From: Mobula hypostoma | Taxonomy: Eukaryota | Assembly (NCBI RefSeq): GCF_963921235.1 | Contig: NC_086109.1 | Coordinates: forward strand, 18,788,001-18,852,000 | Length of the DNA: 64,000 nt | Reading direction: 5' to 3' | Part shown: piece after piece, positions 50,854-63,645 of the stretch | How the letters are laid out: the number at the start of each line of letters is the position of its first letter | Position numbering within the stretch: position 1 is the stretch's first letter | The notes under the pieces: model-generated | Told to the model about the DNA's origin: nothing | Databases searched by the model: none | What the model saw: only the letters and a program-made list of their open reading frames with translations | Translations under genes and position numbers: made by a program

Positions 50854-51175
50854 GTACCTCTTCCTAGAGATGCTGCCTGGCCTGCTGCATTCACCAGCAA
50901 CTTTGATGTGTGTTGCTTGAATTTCCAGCATCTGCAGAATTCCTTGGGTTATAGTCAGGAGTATTTTTTAAAATAATTCATTGACTCTTTATCACTGTTT
51001 ACTTCACCACTACAGGTACTAATTTATTGTGTGAATTGTGAATTCACGTCAGGTGTGACCTGCTGTCTGGCAAATTGATTAGCGTGATAATGTGTGTTTG
51101 CAAGGAGTATGAATTAGACGATTATAATGTCACTTCTTGTGCGATTCCGATTGTATGGAAGAGCTGCATAATGGG

Positions 51176-51350
51176 ACAAGAGGAAAAGGGAAAAGTTAGG
51201 GTGAGAGAATAGAGGGAGAGAGAAGAGAGGAGAGAGAAGACAGTTGACACGAAAATAGAAAGAAAGGAGGAAAGGAGGAGAGAGGAGGAAAGAAGGATGG
51301 GAAGAAGAGAAGAAAGAAAGTGGGAGAGGCAGAAAAGAAAGAGAAGATGG
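51176..51350 (+). repeat. Polypurine (GA-rich) low-complexity tract
   Basis: Almost purely A/G for about 170 nt. Confidence 0.85.
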
Positions 51351-51714
51351 CATAATGAGGAAGGCCCTTTAGAAGGATAATATTATTGGATCCCCTCCAC
51401 TAAGAACAATGATTGTGGAGATTCAATTTAGCAACAGTCTCATTAAGAAGTATCAATTTACTAGACCAAAGGGACTTCAAATCATTGAAAAACAATAGTT
51501 AACATATTAGAAGAGTTTAATGTATCATTGCTGTCTATTATGTAATGCCTTGATGCATCCCACGATATCTCTCAAACTTCTAATTACTCGGTAAAGTATA
51601 GTCCCTGTTAGTTTGCATCAATATTCATAATCAGATAAATGAAAAGGCCGATAACTTAATCCATTTATGATTGTATTGGATGACGGTTAAATGTTGGCTG
51701 AGACATCACAAACA

Positions 51715-54700
51715 TGTGAGATGTGGCAGGCGTGGGCAAAATCCCCTCTCCTGCAGAGTCACATCTGCCAGAAATGCATGTGGCTGGGCGATCTGGAAGA
51801 CCGTGTAAGGAATCTGGAGCAGCAGCTGGATGACCTTCGACTCGTAAGGGAGAATGAGGCAGTCATAGATGAGAGCTACAGGGAGGTAGTCACACGTAGG
51901 CTGCCAGAAGCAGGTCGTTGGGTGACAGTCAGAGGGGGGAAAGTGAAGGTGAGCAGACAGGTAGTGCAGAGCACCCCTGTAGCCATTCCCCTGAATAATA
52001 AGTTTACCATCCTGGATACTGTTGGCTGGGACAACTGACCAGGTGTGAACCACGGTGGCAGGGCCTCTGGCACTGAATCTAACCCTGTGGTGCAGAAGGG
52101 TGGGACAGAGAAGAGGAGAGCTGTCATCATTGGAAACTCCATAGTCAGGGGAGCAGACAGAAGATTTTGTGGACGTGAGAAGGACACCCGCATAGTTTGA
52201 TGCCTCCCGGGTGCCAGGGTCCAGGATATCTCTGACTGGGTGCACGACATCCTGGTACGAGAGGGAAAGCAACCAGAAGTCATGGTACATGTTGGCACCA
52301 ATGACATAGGCAGGAAGAGGGATGAGGTCCTGAAGTGTGAGTTTCGGGAACTAGGCAGAAGGCTGAAGAACAGGACCTCAAGGGTGACGTTCTCAGGATT
52401 GCTGCCAGTGCTACGTGACAGTGATGGTAAGAATTGGAGGAGATGGCAGTTGAATGAGTGGCTGAGGAGTTGATGCAGGGGACAGGGTTTTAGATTTTTG
52501 GATCATTGGGATTTCATCTGAGGAAGGTGGGACCGGTACAGATTGGATGGGTTGCCCCTGAACTCGAGGGGGAGAAATATCCGTGCAGGTAGGTTCGCTG
52601 GCATGGTTCAGGAGGGTTTAAACTAATTTGCAAGGGGGCTGGGACCCAGACCGATAGAGCAGTGAAAGAAGCGCATGGAGTAAAGCCAGATCTAACATAC
52701 AGAGGGGCTTTGAGAAAAGAGAAGCAGAAGAAAGGGTGTAAAGGTAGGAAGGTAGAAGGGCTGAAATGTGTGTACTTCAATGCAAGAAGCATCAGGAACA
52801 AAGATGATGAACTGAGGGCTTGGATACATACATGGAATTATGATGTAGTGGCCATTACAGAGACTTGGCTGGCACCAGGGCAGGAATGGATCGTCAATAT
52901 TCCTGGATTTCAGTCATTTAAAAGGGATGGGGGGTGGAGGGGAGGAGGGGTGGCATTACTGGTCAGGGATACTATTACAGCTACAGAAAGGGTGGGTAAT
53001 GTAGCAGGACCCTCTTTTGAGTCAGTATGGGTGGAAGTCAGGAACAGGAAGGGAGCAGTTACTCTACTGGGGGTATTCTATAGGCCCTCTGGTAGCAGCA
53101 AAGATACCGAGGAGCAGATTGGGAGGCAGATTTTAGAAAGGTGCAAAAATAACAAGGTTGTTATCATGGGTGACTTTAATTTCCCTAATATTGATTGGCA
53201 CCTGATTAGTTCCAAGGGTTTAGATGGGGCAGAGTTTGTTAAGTGTGTCCACGACGGATTCCTGTCACAGTATGTGGGCATGCCAACTAGGGGGAATGCC
53301 ATACTAGATATGGTACTAGGTAACAAACTGGGTCAGGTCACAGATCTCTCAGTGGGTGAGCGTCTGGGGAACAGTGACCACCACTCCCTGGCCTTCAGCA
53401 TTATCATGGAAAAGGATAGAATCAGAGAGGACAGGAAAATTTTTAATTGGGAAAGGGCAAATTATGAGGCTATAAGGCTAGAACTTGTGAGTGAGAATTG
53501 GGATGATGTTTTTGCAGGGAAATGTACTATTGACATGTGGTCAATGTTTAGAGATCTCTTGCAGGATGTTAGGGATAAATTTGTTCCGGTGAGGAAGATA
53601 AAGAATGGTAGGGTGAAGGAACCATGGGTGACAAGTGAGGTGGAAAATCTAGTCAGGTGGAAGAAGGCAGCATACATGAGGTTTAGGAAGCAAGGATCAG
53701 AGGGGTCTATTGAGGAATATAGGGTAGTAAGAAAGGAGCTTAAGAAGGGGCTGAGAAGAGCAAGAAGGGGGCATGGGAAGGCCTCGGTGAGTAGGGTAAA
53801 GGAAAACCCCAAGGCATTCTTCAATTATGTGAAGAACAAAAGGATGACAGGAGTGAAAGTAGGACCGATTAGAGATAAAGGTGGGAAGATGTGCCTGGAG
53901 GCTGTGGAAGTGAGCGAGGTCCTCAATGACTACTTCTCTTTGGTATTCACCAATGAGAGGGAACTTGATGATGGTGAGGACAATATGAGTGAGGTTGATG
54001 TTCTGGAGCATGTTGATATTAAGGGAGAGGAGGTGTTGGAGTTATTAAAATATATTAGGATGGATACGTCCCCGGGCCTGATGGAATATTCCCCAGACTT
54101 CTCCACGAGGTGAGGAAAGAGATTGCTGAGCCTCTGGTTTGGATCTTTATGTCCTCGTTGTCTACAGGAATGGTACCGGAGGATTGGAGGGAGGCGAACA
54201 TTGTCCCCTTGTTCAAAAAAGGTAGTAGGGATAGTCCGGGTAATTATAGACCAGTGAGTCTTACGTCTGTGGTGGGAAAGCTGTTGGAAAGGATTCTTAG
54301 ATAAAGGTGGGAAGATCTATGGGCATTTAGAGAATCATGGTCTGATCAGGAACAGTCAGCATGGCTTTGTGAAGGGCAGATTGTGTCTAACAAGCCTGAT
54401 AGAATTCTTTGAGGAGGTGACCAGGCATATAGCTGAGGGTAGTGCAGTAGATGTGATCTATAAGGATTTTAGTTAGGCATTTGACAAGGTTCCACACGGT
54501 AGGCTTATTTAGAAAGTCAGAAGGCATGGGATCCAGGGAAGTTTGGCCAGGTGGATTCAGAATTGGCTTGCCTGTAGAAGGCAGAGGGTTGTGGTGGAGG
54601 GAGTACATTCGGATTGGAGGATTATGACTAGTGGTGTCCCACAAGGATAGGTTCTGAGACCTCTACTTTTCGTGATTTTTATTAACGACCTGGATGTGGG

Positions 54701-55539
54701 GGTAGAAGGGTGGGTTGGCAAGTTTGCAGACGACACAAAGGTTGGTGCAGATGAAGTTCAACCCGGAGAAGTGTGAGGTGGTACACTTTGGAAGGACAAA
54801 CTCCAAAGCAGAGTACAAAGTAAATGGCTGGATACCTGATAGTGTGGAGGAGCAGAGCTGGGGTTACACGTCTACAGATCCCTGAAAGTTGCCTCACAGG
54901 TAGATGTGGTAGTTAAGAAAGCTTATGGGGTGTTAGCTTTCATAAGTCGAGGGATAGAGTTTAAGAGTTGCGAGGTAATGATGCAGCTCTAGAAAACTCT
55001 GGTTGGGTCACACTTGGAGTACTGTGTCCAGTTCTAGTCGCTTCACTATAGGAAGGATGTGGAAGCATTGGAAATGGTACAGAGGAGAAATACCAGGATG
55101 CTGCCTGGTTTAGAGGGTATGGATTATGATCAGAGATTAAGGGAGTTAGGGCTTTACTCTTTGGAGAGAAGGAGGGTGAGAGGAGACATGATAGAGGTAT
55201 ACAAGATATTATGAGGAATAGATAGAGTGGATAGCCAGTGCCTCTTCCTGAGGGCACCACTGCTCAATACAAGGGGACATGGCTTTAAGGTAAGGGGTGG
55301 AAAGTTCAAGGAGGATACTAGAGGAAGGTTTTTTACTCAGAGAGTGGTTGGTGCGTGGAATGCACTGCCTGAGTCAGTGGTGGAGGCAGATACACTAGTG
55401 AAGTTTAAGAGACTACTAGACAGGTATATGGAGGAATTTAAGGTGGGAGGTTATATGGGAGGCAGGGTTTGAGCGTTGGCACAAGAATGTGGGCCAAAGG
55501 GCCTGTACTGTGCTGTACTATTCTATGTTCTATGTTCTA
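51715..55539 (+). mobile_element. CR1 LINE, sister of 43676-47203, truncated at the start of ORF1
   Basis: CEMW...CQKC finger, coiled coil, HVGTND; 483-aa EN ORF 52662-54113; many stops downstream; ~77-bp deletion near 54748; (TTCTATG)n tail. Confidence 0.97.
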
Positions 55540-56514
55540 CAACTTCCCAACAGTGAGACCAATAGGCATTAGATGTTTCTCATCTGTGCAACTCAGATTT
55601 AAAACAGTATGTTTGGAAGTTTTTAAGATTAATTTTACACTTAATTTAATAAACTAACCTTAATTAAACAATTTATCTTATAAACTGAGTAGGCACAACA
55701 CTCAGTGCAAATCTCATTAGATGCACAAGCTCATAACAATCTTCATCAACTAACATGGCAACCATACACTAACCTGTTGTAATGTACTGTGGATGGTGAT
55801 TGTTCAACTGGAAGACTGTCCTGACTTGAGCAAGCACATGGTAGCTGACATCCTCCAGGGTGTCCTCTTAAGTTGAAAGTTTTATCTAAGCAGAAGGTTT
55901 CAGGTAGCCTGAAGTAAAAGTCATCAGAGCAGCAGCTCGAGTGCTTATTGGACACAACTGTGTCAACTTCTGTTACGATCGGTACTTCCCATTAACTGAC
56001 TTTCTTTAACATATAAGTGGGTTGCTGCAGTTTGCCAGCACTATTTTCATTGAAAACATTTTTAATACATCATAGGGATACTTTGGGTTTATTCCAAAAT
56101 TTAAAATACACGTTTTAATTAAACTTCTCTCTAGGGAATTAAGTGTACCATAATCCTCATGATGCCTTCTGAGTTCTCCATTCACGTCTGCACAAATAAT
56201 TTATGGTATGTTTGTATATCTGATGAAGCACAGAATTGTAGATTACAAGAATAAGAAAGGAATAACTTACATTTATATAGTTTTATCACATTCGCTCAGA
56301 TATGTCCCAAAGCTCTTCTCACATAAAGAATCCCTTTGAAGTGCAGCCTCTGTTGTTATTTCAGTAAGCGTGGCAGCCAATTTGTATGGCAAAAACATAC
56401 GAGCAGTGCTGTGATGAATCATTGGTTAATGTCGTTATATTTAAAGACTGGCTGTTGAGTAAAAGCTAATCCTTGTGCCTACCTTTTGAATATGACCATT
56501 ATTCTGAATATCCC

Positions 56515-56870
56515 TGTTTCAAAGGTTTCAAAGGTATATTTAATGTTAGAGAAATGTACACAATATACATCCTGAAATTCTTTTTCTTCGCAACCACCTT
56601 GAGTCCACCCACCTCCAGAGCCACGAAATCCCAGAACCCTGAAGGCGCGCTAGTTTTCTAGGCAGCGCCCTTGGTATATTGAATAGCGGGGCCAGTTGTG
56701 AGATCCCAAGAGTGGGTCTCATTCCCACAAAGAACCAAAGCCAACGTGTAATTCCAGGTCAAGGTCTTCAAAAGAACCCTGAAAGGGAAAAATACAGATA
56801 TTAAAGATAGAAATAGAACTGTTTCCAAAGACTCAAGCAAAGGAGTCGCTGTTAGGCGCCATCGTCTCCT
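56515..56870 (-). mobile_element. Short non-autonomous LINE-like element
   Basis: 5' GGAGACGATGGCGCC, 3' (TTTGAAACC)n tail. Confidence 0.5.
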
Positions 56871-56964
56871 AAGCCCCACCCCCTTACTATCCCTTTCGGA
56901 AGACAATCACTGGGAGAACATTCTCAACCTTTGCTTTCCAATGGGCTCACCATCACCCAAACCC

Positions 56965-58640
56965 GTAAGACATAGGAGCAGAATTAGGCCATTCAGCCCA
57001 TTGAGTCTACTCCATCATTCCATCACGACTGATTTATTATCTCTCTCAACCCTATTATCCTGCCTTCTTCCCCATAAACTTCACTGACCGCATTGCTTGT
57101 CAACTTTCATCCACACCTACTTGAACTTATCTCTAATTTTCAAATGCGAACACTTCTTTTCCAATTTATCTGAACTCTTTTTCTGGAGCATAGAACAGAA
57201 GAGTGCAAAGGTCTTAATGCAAACTTGTGAACCTTTGTTTAGGTCACCACTGGAATATAGCATGCATTGCTGTGCCCCACATTTTAGGAAGGATGTAATT
57301 GCTCTGAAGAGGATGTAGATGGGATTGTCTAGGATGGAGTTCTTCGGATAAGAGGAGAAACTCATATAGGCTGAGCAAGTTTTCCTTGGCAAATCGGACA
57401 CTAAGGCACCATGATAGATGAGTACAAAGTCATCATAGGAATAGAGAAGGCAGAGAGTAAGAAACCTTTCCCCATAGCAGAGGTGTCTAAGAACAGGTAT
57501 TATTGTTCAGGTGAGGGGTAAGGTGTTTAGAGGAAATGCGGGGAATATGTTTTCTTTTCACTCAGAGGATGGTTGAAGTCTAGAATGCACTGCCTGAATG
57601 GATGGTGGAAGAAGAAATTTGTACAACATCTAAGAACATGAATTGCCAGGGCAGAGTAGGCAGTGAACCAGGTATTGGTAAGTGGGGTTAATGTAGGTGG
57701 GTGCTAAATGTTCTGTAGGATCCATCTGAGTAGTTCTAAGGGTTTGTTTCTCTTATTTATGTCTCTATAACTTCATGATTTCATTACTTCTTTAGTTTTA
57801 TGTTAGCTACCAAGCTACATGAGTGGGACTTGAAACCAATAATTGTCTGGTTTGTTGACATGAATGTATCTAAACACAGGAGATTCTGCAGATGCTGGAA
57901 ATCTAGAGCATTTTTTTGAACTTTTCTATTTATTTTCCACACTGGCAGGCTGCTGATGTCAATCTACAGTTCTGGTGGCGGGAAGGGGAAGGGTGGGAGT
58001 ATTTGCGGGACACAATTCTTCAATGTTGAGGGAAGTAGAACAGCCTCCCCAGCCCTCCATCTCTCCTCCATCCTCCTGTCTCACCCAACCCCTTCTTCTC
58101 TTTGTACTGATCTCCATTCTGAGATCTGATACACAATCTCAACCCCCAACGTCAGTGATTCCTTTCCACCCACAGATGCTGCTTGATCCATTAGGTTCCT
58201 CCAGCAGATCGTTTGTTACTCCAGATATCAATAAGATTGAAATAACGCAGAGGGAATTTATAAGGAAGTTGCTAGTACTTGAAGATCTGAGCTATAGGGA
58301 AAGCGTGAATAGTTCAGGACTTTTTTTCCCCAAAGTTTCAGAGAATGAGGAGAGTTTTGCGGCGTATTGATAGGGTAGGTGCAAGCAGACTTATTCCACG
58401 TAGGTTAGGTGAGGTTAGAGATAGAAGGTCATATGTTAAGGGTGAAAGGTGAAATGAAATGAGGGTGTTAAGTGCATGGAATAAGCTGACAGTGGAAATG
58501 CTGGTTGCAGGTTCGATGTTAACAATTGGATTGGAGTGGTATGGAAGGCTATGGTCTGATTGATGGGACTAGGCAGAATAGTAGTTCGGCACAGACTAAG
58601 TGCGCTGAAGGGCCTGTTTCTGTACAGTAGTGTGTTATGA
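56965..58640. mobile_element. Several old CR1 3' fragments (- 56965-57080; + 57190-57770; + 58230-58640)
   Basis: RSPLEYSMHCCAPHFRKDVIAL; LEDLSYRES; CR1 3' UTR motifs. Confidence 0.7.
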
Positions 58641-59954
58641 CCTTAAGACTCCAATGTCCTGAGATTGTCTTAGTTGTAAGTTTGAGGAAGTAGTGTAACT
58701 GAGCTGTTTAGATTATTGACGGATTTAGTGAGGTTGTTAGGTTAGAAACAGGTTAAATAGGTAGAAAACCTATTTATGATCAGCATGCCTTAGCCGATTG
58801 CACTGCAAGTCCAGGGGAAGTTTACACTCAATCGGCCAAATGTATAAGAGCACGTAGGGGAAAGAGGAATAAAGAATGCTTGATACATTACATGAACTTT
58901 GGTTTTTCTGAGATTAGAAATGTGAAAGCTGATGAGAAATATATTCAAAAAGATGACATGCCCAAGCATCAGTGGTCAACTGTTCAGTGGAAAGCAGAGC
59001 TAGCTGAAGTTCTGAACTATTAAATAACAATTAGTTGAATAAACTGGAAAATGGCAACAGGAACAGTAGGTGACGGCAGAAAAGGGGCAAATTATTGGAA
59101 CACTAATTAGGCCAGAGCTTGCATACTCCGAATAATTCCCATCATCGTGTCGCAGGATAGATTGAATTGTGCAAGAGCGGATGGCAAGGAGGTTTCAGAG
59201 GATGCTACAAGTGTTTTTGGAAAAGGAGGATATAATTTTAAAGCTCAAGGCAATGCTGGTCTCCACACAAGGAGAAGGAGAAACCCAGAGTTCAATCCTT
59301 GCCATGCTGATGAGCCTCCAGACGGGACTGGTCAAGTTGAAGTACTAACATTAAGATAATGAGTTCAAATGCATCTCAACTGTACTATATTCACGTACGT
59401 GTGGGTCAGGTTCCATCAGATAACTCTACTTATGAACTAATGTATCAGAAGTTCCTTGTTCAATGTCATGGAACCTCTGGAAAGAAATCAATAACATTGC
59501 AGTATGTATGAGGAGAAATGTTGATGACCTCATACCCTATTTTATTGATAGAGACTTCCTTTGCATCTTCCTGGATGTGCCTGATCATTGTCTATGGAAG
59601 TCCCTTGACAGGAACTATCATTTATAGCATTACCTCAGTCTTGGACAAGATGCAGAGTGTGGGTCAAAGGTTTTCATAATAAATTGTAGATCTGTGACTC
59701 TCTGTGAAGGTACAAAACAAAAATAATCTCCTGGCTGTTGTCCAGTGAGATAAGCCCTTCTCATTTCTCCAGTTGCGCCTGACAGGATTTGAAGTGTGAG
59801 GTAATACCGCAAGCTCTCAAGTTCACAGGCACACAAAGAACAGTTTTCCATTTATAGAGTGCTTTTCACATTTTCAGAACTTTCCAGGAATTGACCTAAT
59901 GAAAATTGTTAGAAGGACCTCCCTTGCAAGGGTATTCCTTCTTAAATAAAATAT

Positions 59955-60245
59955 TTAATCAGAATCAAGTTTAATATCACTGCATATGTTGGAAAAATTT
60001 ATGGTATTGCAGCAGCAGTACACTGTAATACATAATAATAAAAAACTATAATTTACAATAAGAAATATATTTTAAAAAGAAGTAGTACAAAGAGAGAGCA
60101 AAAAATAGTGAGGTAAATTGTACTTTCAGAAATATGATGGTGGAGGGGAAGAAGCTGCTCCTGAAATATTGAGTGTGTGTATCTTTAGGCTTTTGTACTT
60201 CCTCCTTGATGGTAGCAATGAGAAGAGAACATGTTCTGGGGGTGG
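59955..60245 (-). mobile_element. Rex1/Babar-type 3' tail
   Basis: AATCAGAATCAAGTTTAATATCACTG tail, similar to the reverse of 3020-3090; GAAGAAGCTGCTCCTGAA motif. Confidence 0.6.
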
Positions 60246-61251
60246 TGGGGGGGGGGGGTGGTGAGAGAAAAGGAATGAAGCATTGCAGAAGGTTCTCCAT
60301 TATCTGGTCGGCTTGTTCTGACTGACAGTGGTCTGCAGATGGCAGCCAGAGAGCAAACACTCTGAGGTGTGGTGGAGAAGGATTGTGAGGATCGGGTGTC
60401 AAATTGTGGGCCCTGACTGACACAATGTCCTGATGAAAACTGTGAAGGTGAACTATATCTTGGAGAAGCATTTCCACCATCTCAGTGGCTGCTGGAAGTT
60501 TAGAGAGGGCAATGAAGTGGGTCATCTTGGAGAATTGGTCCATCACTATCAGGATTACCATGGACCCACTGGAAAGTTGCAAACCCTTGAGGAAATCCAT
60601 GGTGATGTAGGACCATGGGTGTCGAGGGACTGGTAGGGCCTGCAGGAGCCCGGAGGGCAGCTGGTTAGAGAAATTTGACTGGGCATGTTGAGGGCAGCCA
60701 ATGATGATCTGAAGTACATCTGCAGTCATGGTGGGCCACCAGAACTGGCGTTGCAGAAAATCCAGAGTCTATCGTGCGCCTGGATTGCTGGAGAGGGATG
60801 AGGATTGCGCCCACTGGAGTGCCTCAGAGCGCATAGCTGCCATCATGTACATGTGGTTGTCCGGCGGGTTGGATGGAGCAGGCTTGTGCTGCAGGGCCTG
60901 TCACGATCCCAGACAACCGCAGCAAGGATCTGTGAGGACGGAATGATGGGCTAAGGGTCCAATCGTCGAGTCAGAGTGTCTGTGTTAGTGTTCTTGGAGC
61001 TGGGTCCGTATGAGATGGTGAAGTTGAATTATTCAAAGAACAGGGCTCAGCGAGACTGGCGTGGGTTGAGTTGGTGGCTCTGTTGAATGGTATGAGGTTC
61101 TGGTGGTCAGTACAGATCAGGAAGGACTCGGTATTTACCATTAGCCACCATCTCCATCCCTCAAAGGCCCTCTTGATGGCAAGTGGCTCCCTTTCTCCTA
61201 CTCCATAATGGTGCTGTGTAGAGTTGAACTTGAGTGAGAAGAAGACACAAT

Positions 61252-62833
61252 CAGTGGTGCAGGGCTAATTTTTTAGGTGCCGGAGCTGACAAAATGCTTG
61301 CCATTTCTTATATCCTCTCTTTATATAGATGTTACACCCAATTTGTGTACCTGCTCATTTCATGTTCACTTCAGTCCAAACATCTAAACAAGGATACAAG
61401 CCTGATTTTGAAGGACCATTACTTTCAGAACTGCATTTGGACCTGATTAGAAAACTTGAACTAGAATCAGGCGAAACACAGCTTTTGTCACTTTTACTGT
61501 TATCAGTCTCTTGTACGTTATTCTTGTTACACTTCTCAGCTTGTTTACGAAAGAAAGAAGTTAACGTTGTTTGCTTAGAAGCCATAAGGTTGTTAGTGAG
61601 AAAAATTTACTTTTGTATTAGCGAGTAATCCACGAACCACCACAGATGTAGCCTTACTAATACAACTGAGTCAGAGCAGACAGCAGGGCCCACAGCGCTT
61701 AGCTGTGTTCCTAAGCAGGTATAAAAATAATAGAAATAAAGCAAATAAGCTTTTTACACTTTTAACCACTTAAATTGGAACCAGGTAATCAAGTATGAAA
61801 AAAGAATGTCTAATGAACTATTGCTAAAGCCATGAATATTGCTGAATATTAGTATCAAAAGCAGTAGGTTGGCAACTCTACCTCGTACTGTTTCTCTCGC
61901 GGAAATGGTTGGACAGGAAGTGTATCTGTGAGTGTCGATACTCACAATATCCTCACAAGTCGGGTATTACATGGTTAGACCAATACAGATCCTGTTTAGT
62001 CTTTAAATATATAAAAAGTTAAAAAGCTTGAATCTTTACATAAATTATTATCGTATCTATACGAATAAAAAATACTGTATTTTGGAAGTGACAACTGTTA
62101 ACAGGGGAGGAGAGCAACCATTTGGGAGGTTTGGAAATGTGTTTTGTCTCATTCATTGCCTCACTAAGTTACTCTTTTTCCTATCAACACAAAGAGGAAA
62201 AAAGCCTCTTCCAATCAACTATAGTTGGTGGAGCTCGGCCAAGGGGTTGATCCGCTATTAATGATAGTTGAAATGACGTAAAACTAGCTTATAGCCTAGA
62301 AATGTTTTTTTTTCCATTAGGCTTGTAAAAAAAAACTAAATTTATCCAGGTGTAGAAGAGGATTTTGGATGATTACCTTGAATATTTCATCTAAATCAGG
62401 CTGAAGATAAGCGAGCAGTGAATTTTTCATTCATTATTTCTGGCTTCTAACCTTAGGTTTCGATGTTCATTCCTTGCTTAATATAGCTCCTACCTGTATC
62501 CAATGGTACCCATTGGAAAGTGCGGAAAAATGCTCACACTTGTGTATTTCCCAGCTTCCTAGGACAACGGGTCGAGCAAGGAGGAATTTCACAAATGCCT
62601 AAACAAAAAGCAGTCACAGCTCCAGGATATCACCAAAAACGATCAAATATCCTAATGTTATTAGTGGTATTTTGCCGACCAGCCACCACCCACTCTCCCC
62701 AGCCCCCGTTTCCACAAAATTCCCTCTATTTAATATGTGGCTGCTGTTAAATTCCCTGCTTGTTTATTTTGACTTTTTTTTACAGAGGTGCTGGCGCAGT
62801 GCTCTGGTGAGCTCCAGCAGCACTGTACCCCTG
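61252..62833. mobile_element. Non-autonomous hAT-type DNA transposon
   Basis: Imperfect TIR CAGTGGTGCAG / CAGGGGTACAG; 8-bp TSD GACACAAT (61244-61251) / GGCACAAT (62834-62841); splits the Gypsy RNase H; minus ORF MASKQTTLTSFF resembles a transposase N-terminus. Confidence 0.75.
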
Positions 62834-63351
62834 GGCACAATGGTGTGTCCTCCTGCCCACTCCTCACTGGTAGAGGACGGCCACGGTGCACACATCACAA
62901 GCGTCCACCTCTACCACGTAAGGTCCAGAGGGGTTTGGATGGCAGAGAATGGAAGCAGTAACGAAGCATGTCTTGAGCTCCTTGAAAGCATGGTCTGTGA
63001 GGTAGGTGATTTGGTGAGGGAACATTTCGTGAACGGTGGTAGAAATTGAAAAAGCCCAAGAAGTGCTGTAGCTGTTTGAGGGAGGGTAGTCGGACCATTC
63101 AATTACGACGTGCACTTTTTCTGGGTCTGTGGTTATGCCTTGTGGTGAAAGATCATAAACAAGGAAGGAAATGACTGGGGTGGGGAGCTGGAATTTCTCT
63201 AACTTGCAGTACAGTTGGTTTCTGAGGAAGCACCGAACGACCAAATGGACACGACAGATGTGGTATTGGGATCCTTGGAGAAGATGATAATGTTGCCAAG
63301 GCAGACAAACACATAGCTCTGTAGCAGGTCTTGGAGGATTTTGTGATTTTT

Positions 63352-63645
63352 TAGATTGTGAGGACACTCAGCCCTCGTTTATTGTCATTTAGAAATGCAT
63401 GTATGCATTAAGAAATGATACAATGTTCCTCCAGAGTGATATCACAAAAAAAAACAAAACAAACCAAAGACTAACACTGACAAGACCACTTAATTATAAC
63501 ATATAGTTGCAGCAGTGCAAAGCAATACCATAATTTGATAAAGAGCAGACTGTGGGAACAGTAAAAATAAGTCTTAAAGTTCTGATCAACTCCCGATAGT
63601 CCCCGATAGCAGGCGGCAGAAGGGAGAAACTCTCTCTGACATAAA
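63352..63645 (-). mobile_element. 3' part of the 36020-36705 family, inserted in the Gypsy RT
   Basis: High similarity to 36022-36310. Confidence 0.75.

Larger units (their letters stand above)
49335..50947. mobile_element. Penelope-like retroelement with inverted arrangement and 13-bp TSD
   Basis: Minus arm: RT C-terminus/linker (DFINFASNFHPALKFT, YKPTDSHSYLDY, CKRNKCYTC). Plus arm: GIY-YIG C-terminal half HLRSVR...ATHFN...LEEQHLIFRLGSLQPDGMN* (50308-50517). GTTATAGTCAGGA at 49322-49334 and 50948-50960. Confidence 0.95.

Noticed and set aside
59308..59340. CTGATGA as another hammerhead core
   Set aside because: No stem II followed by GAAA and no Penelope context
59147..59359. 70-aa ORF in unique sequence
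   Set aside because: Non-AUG start, no motif; length expected by chance
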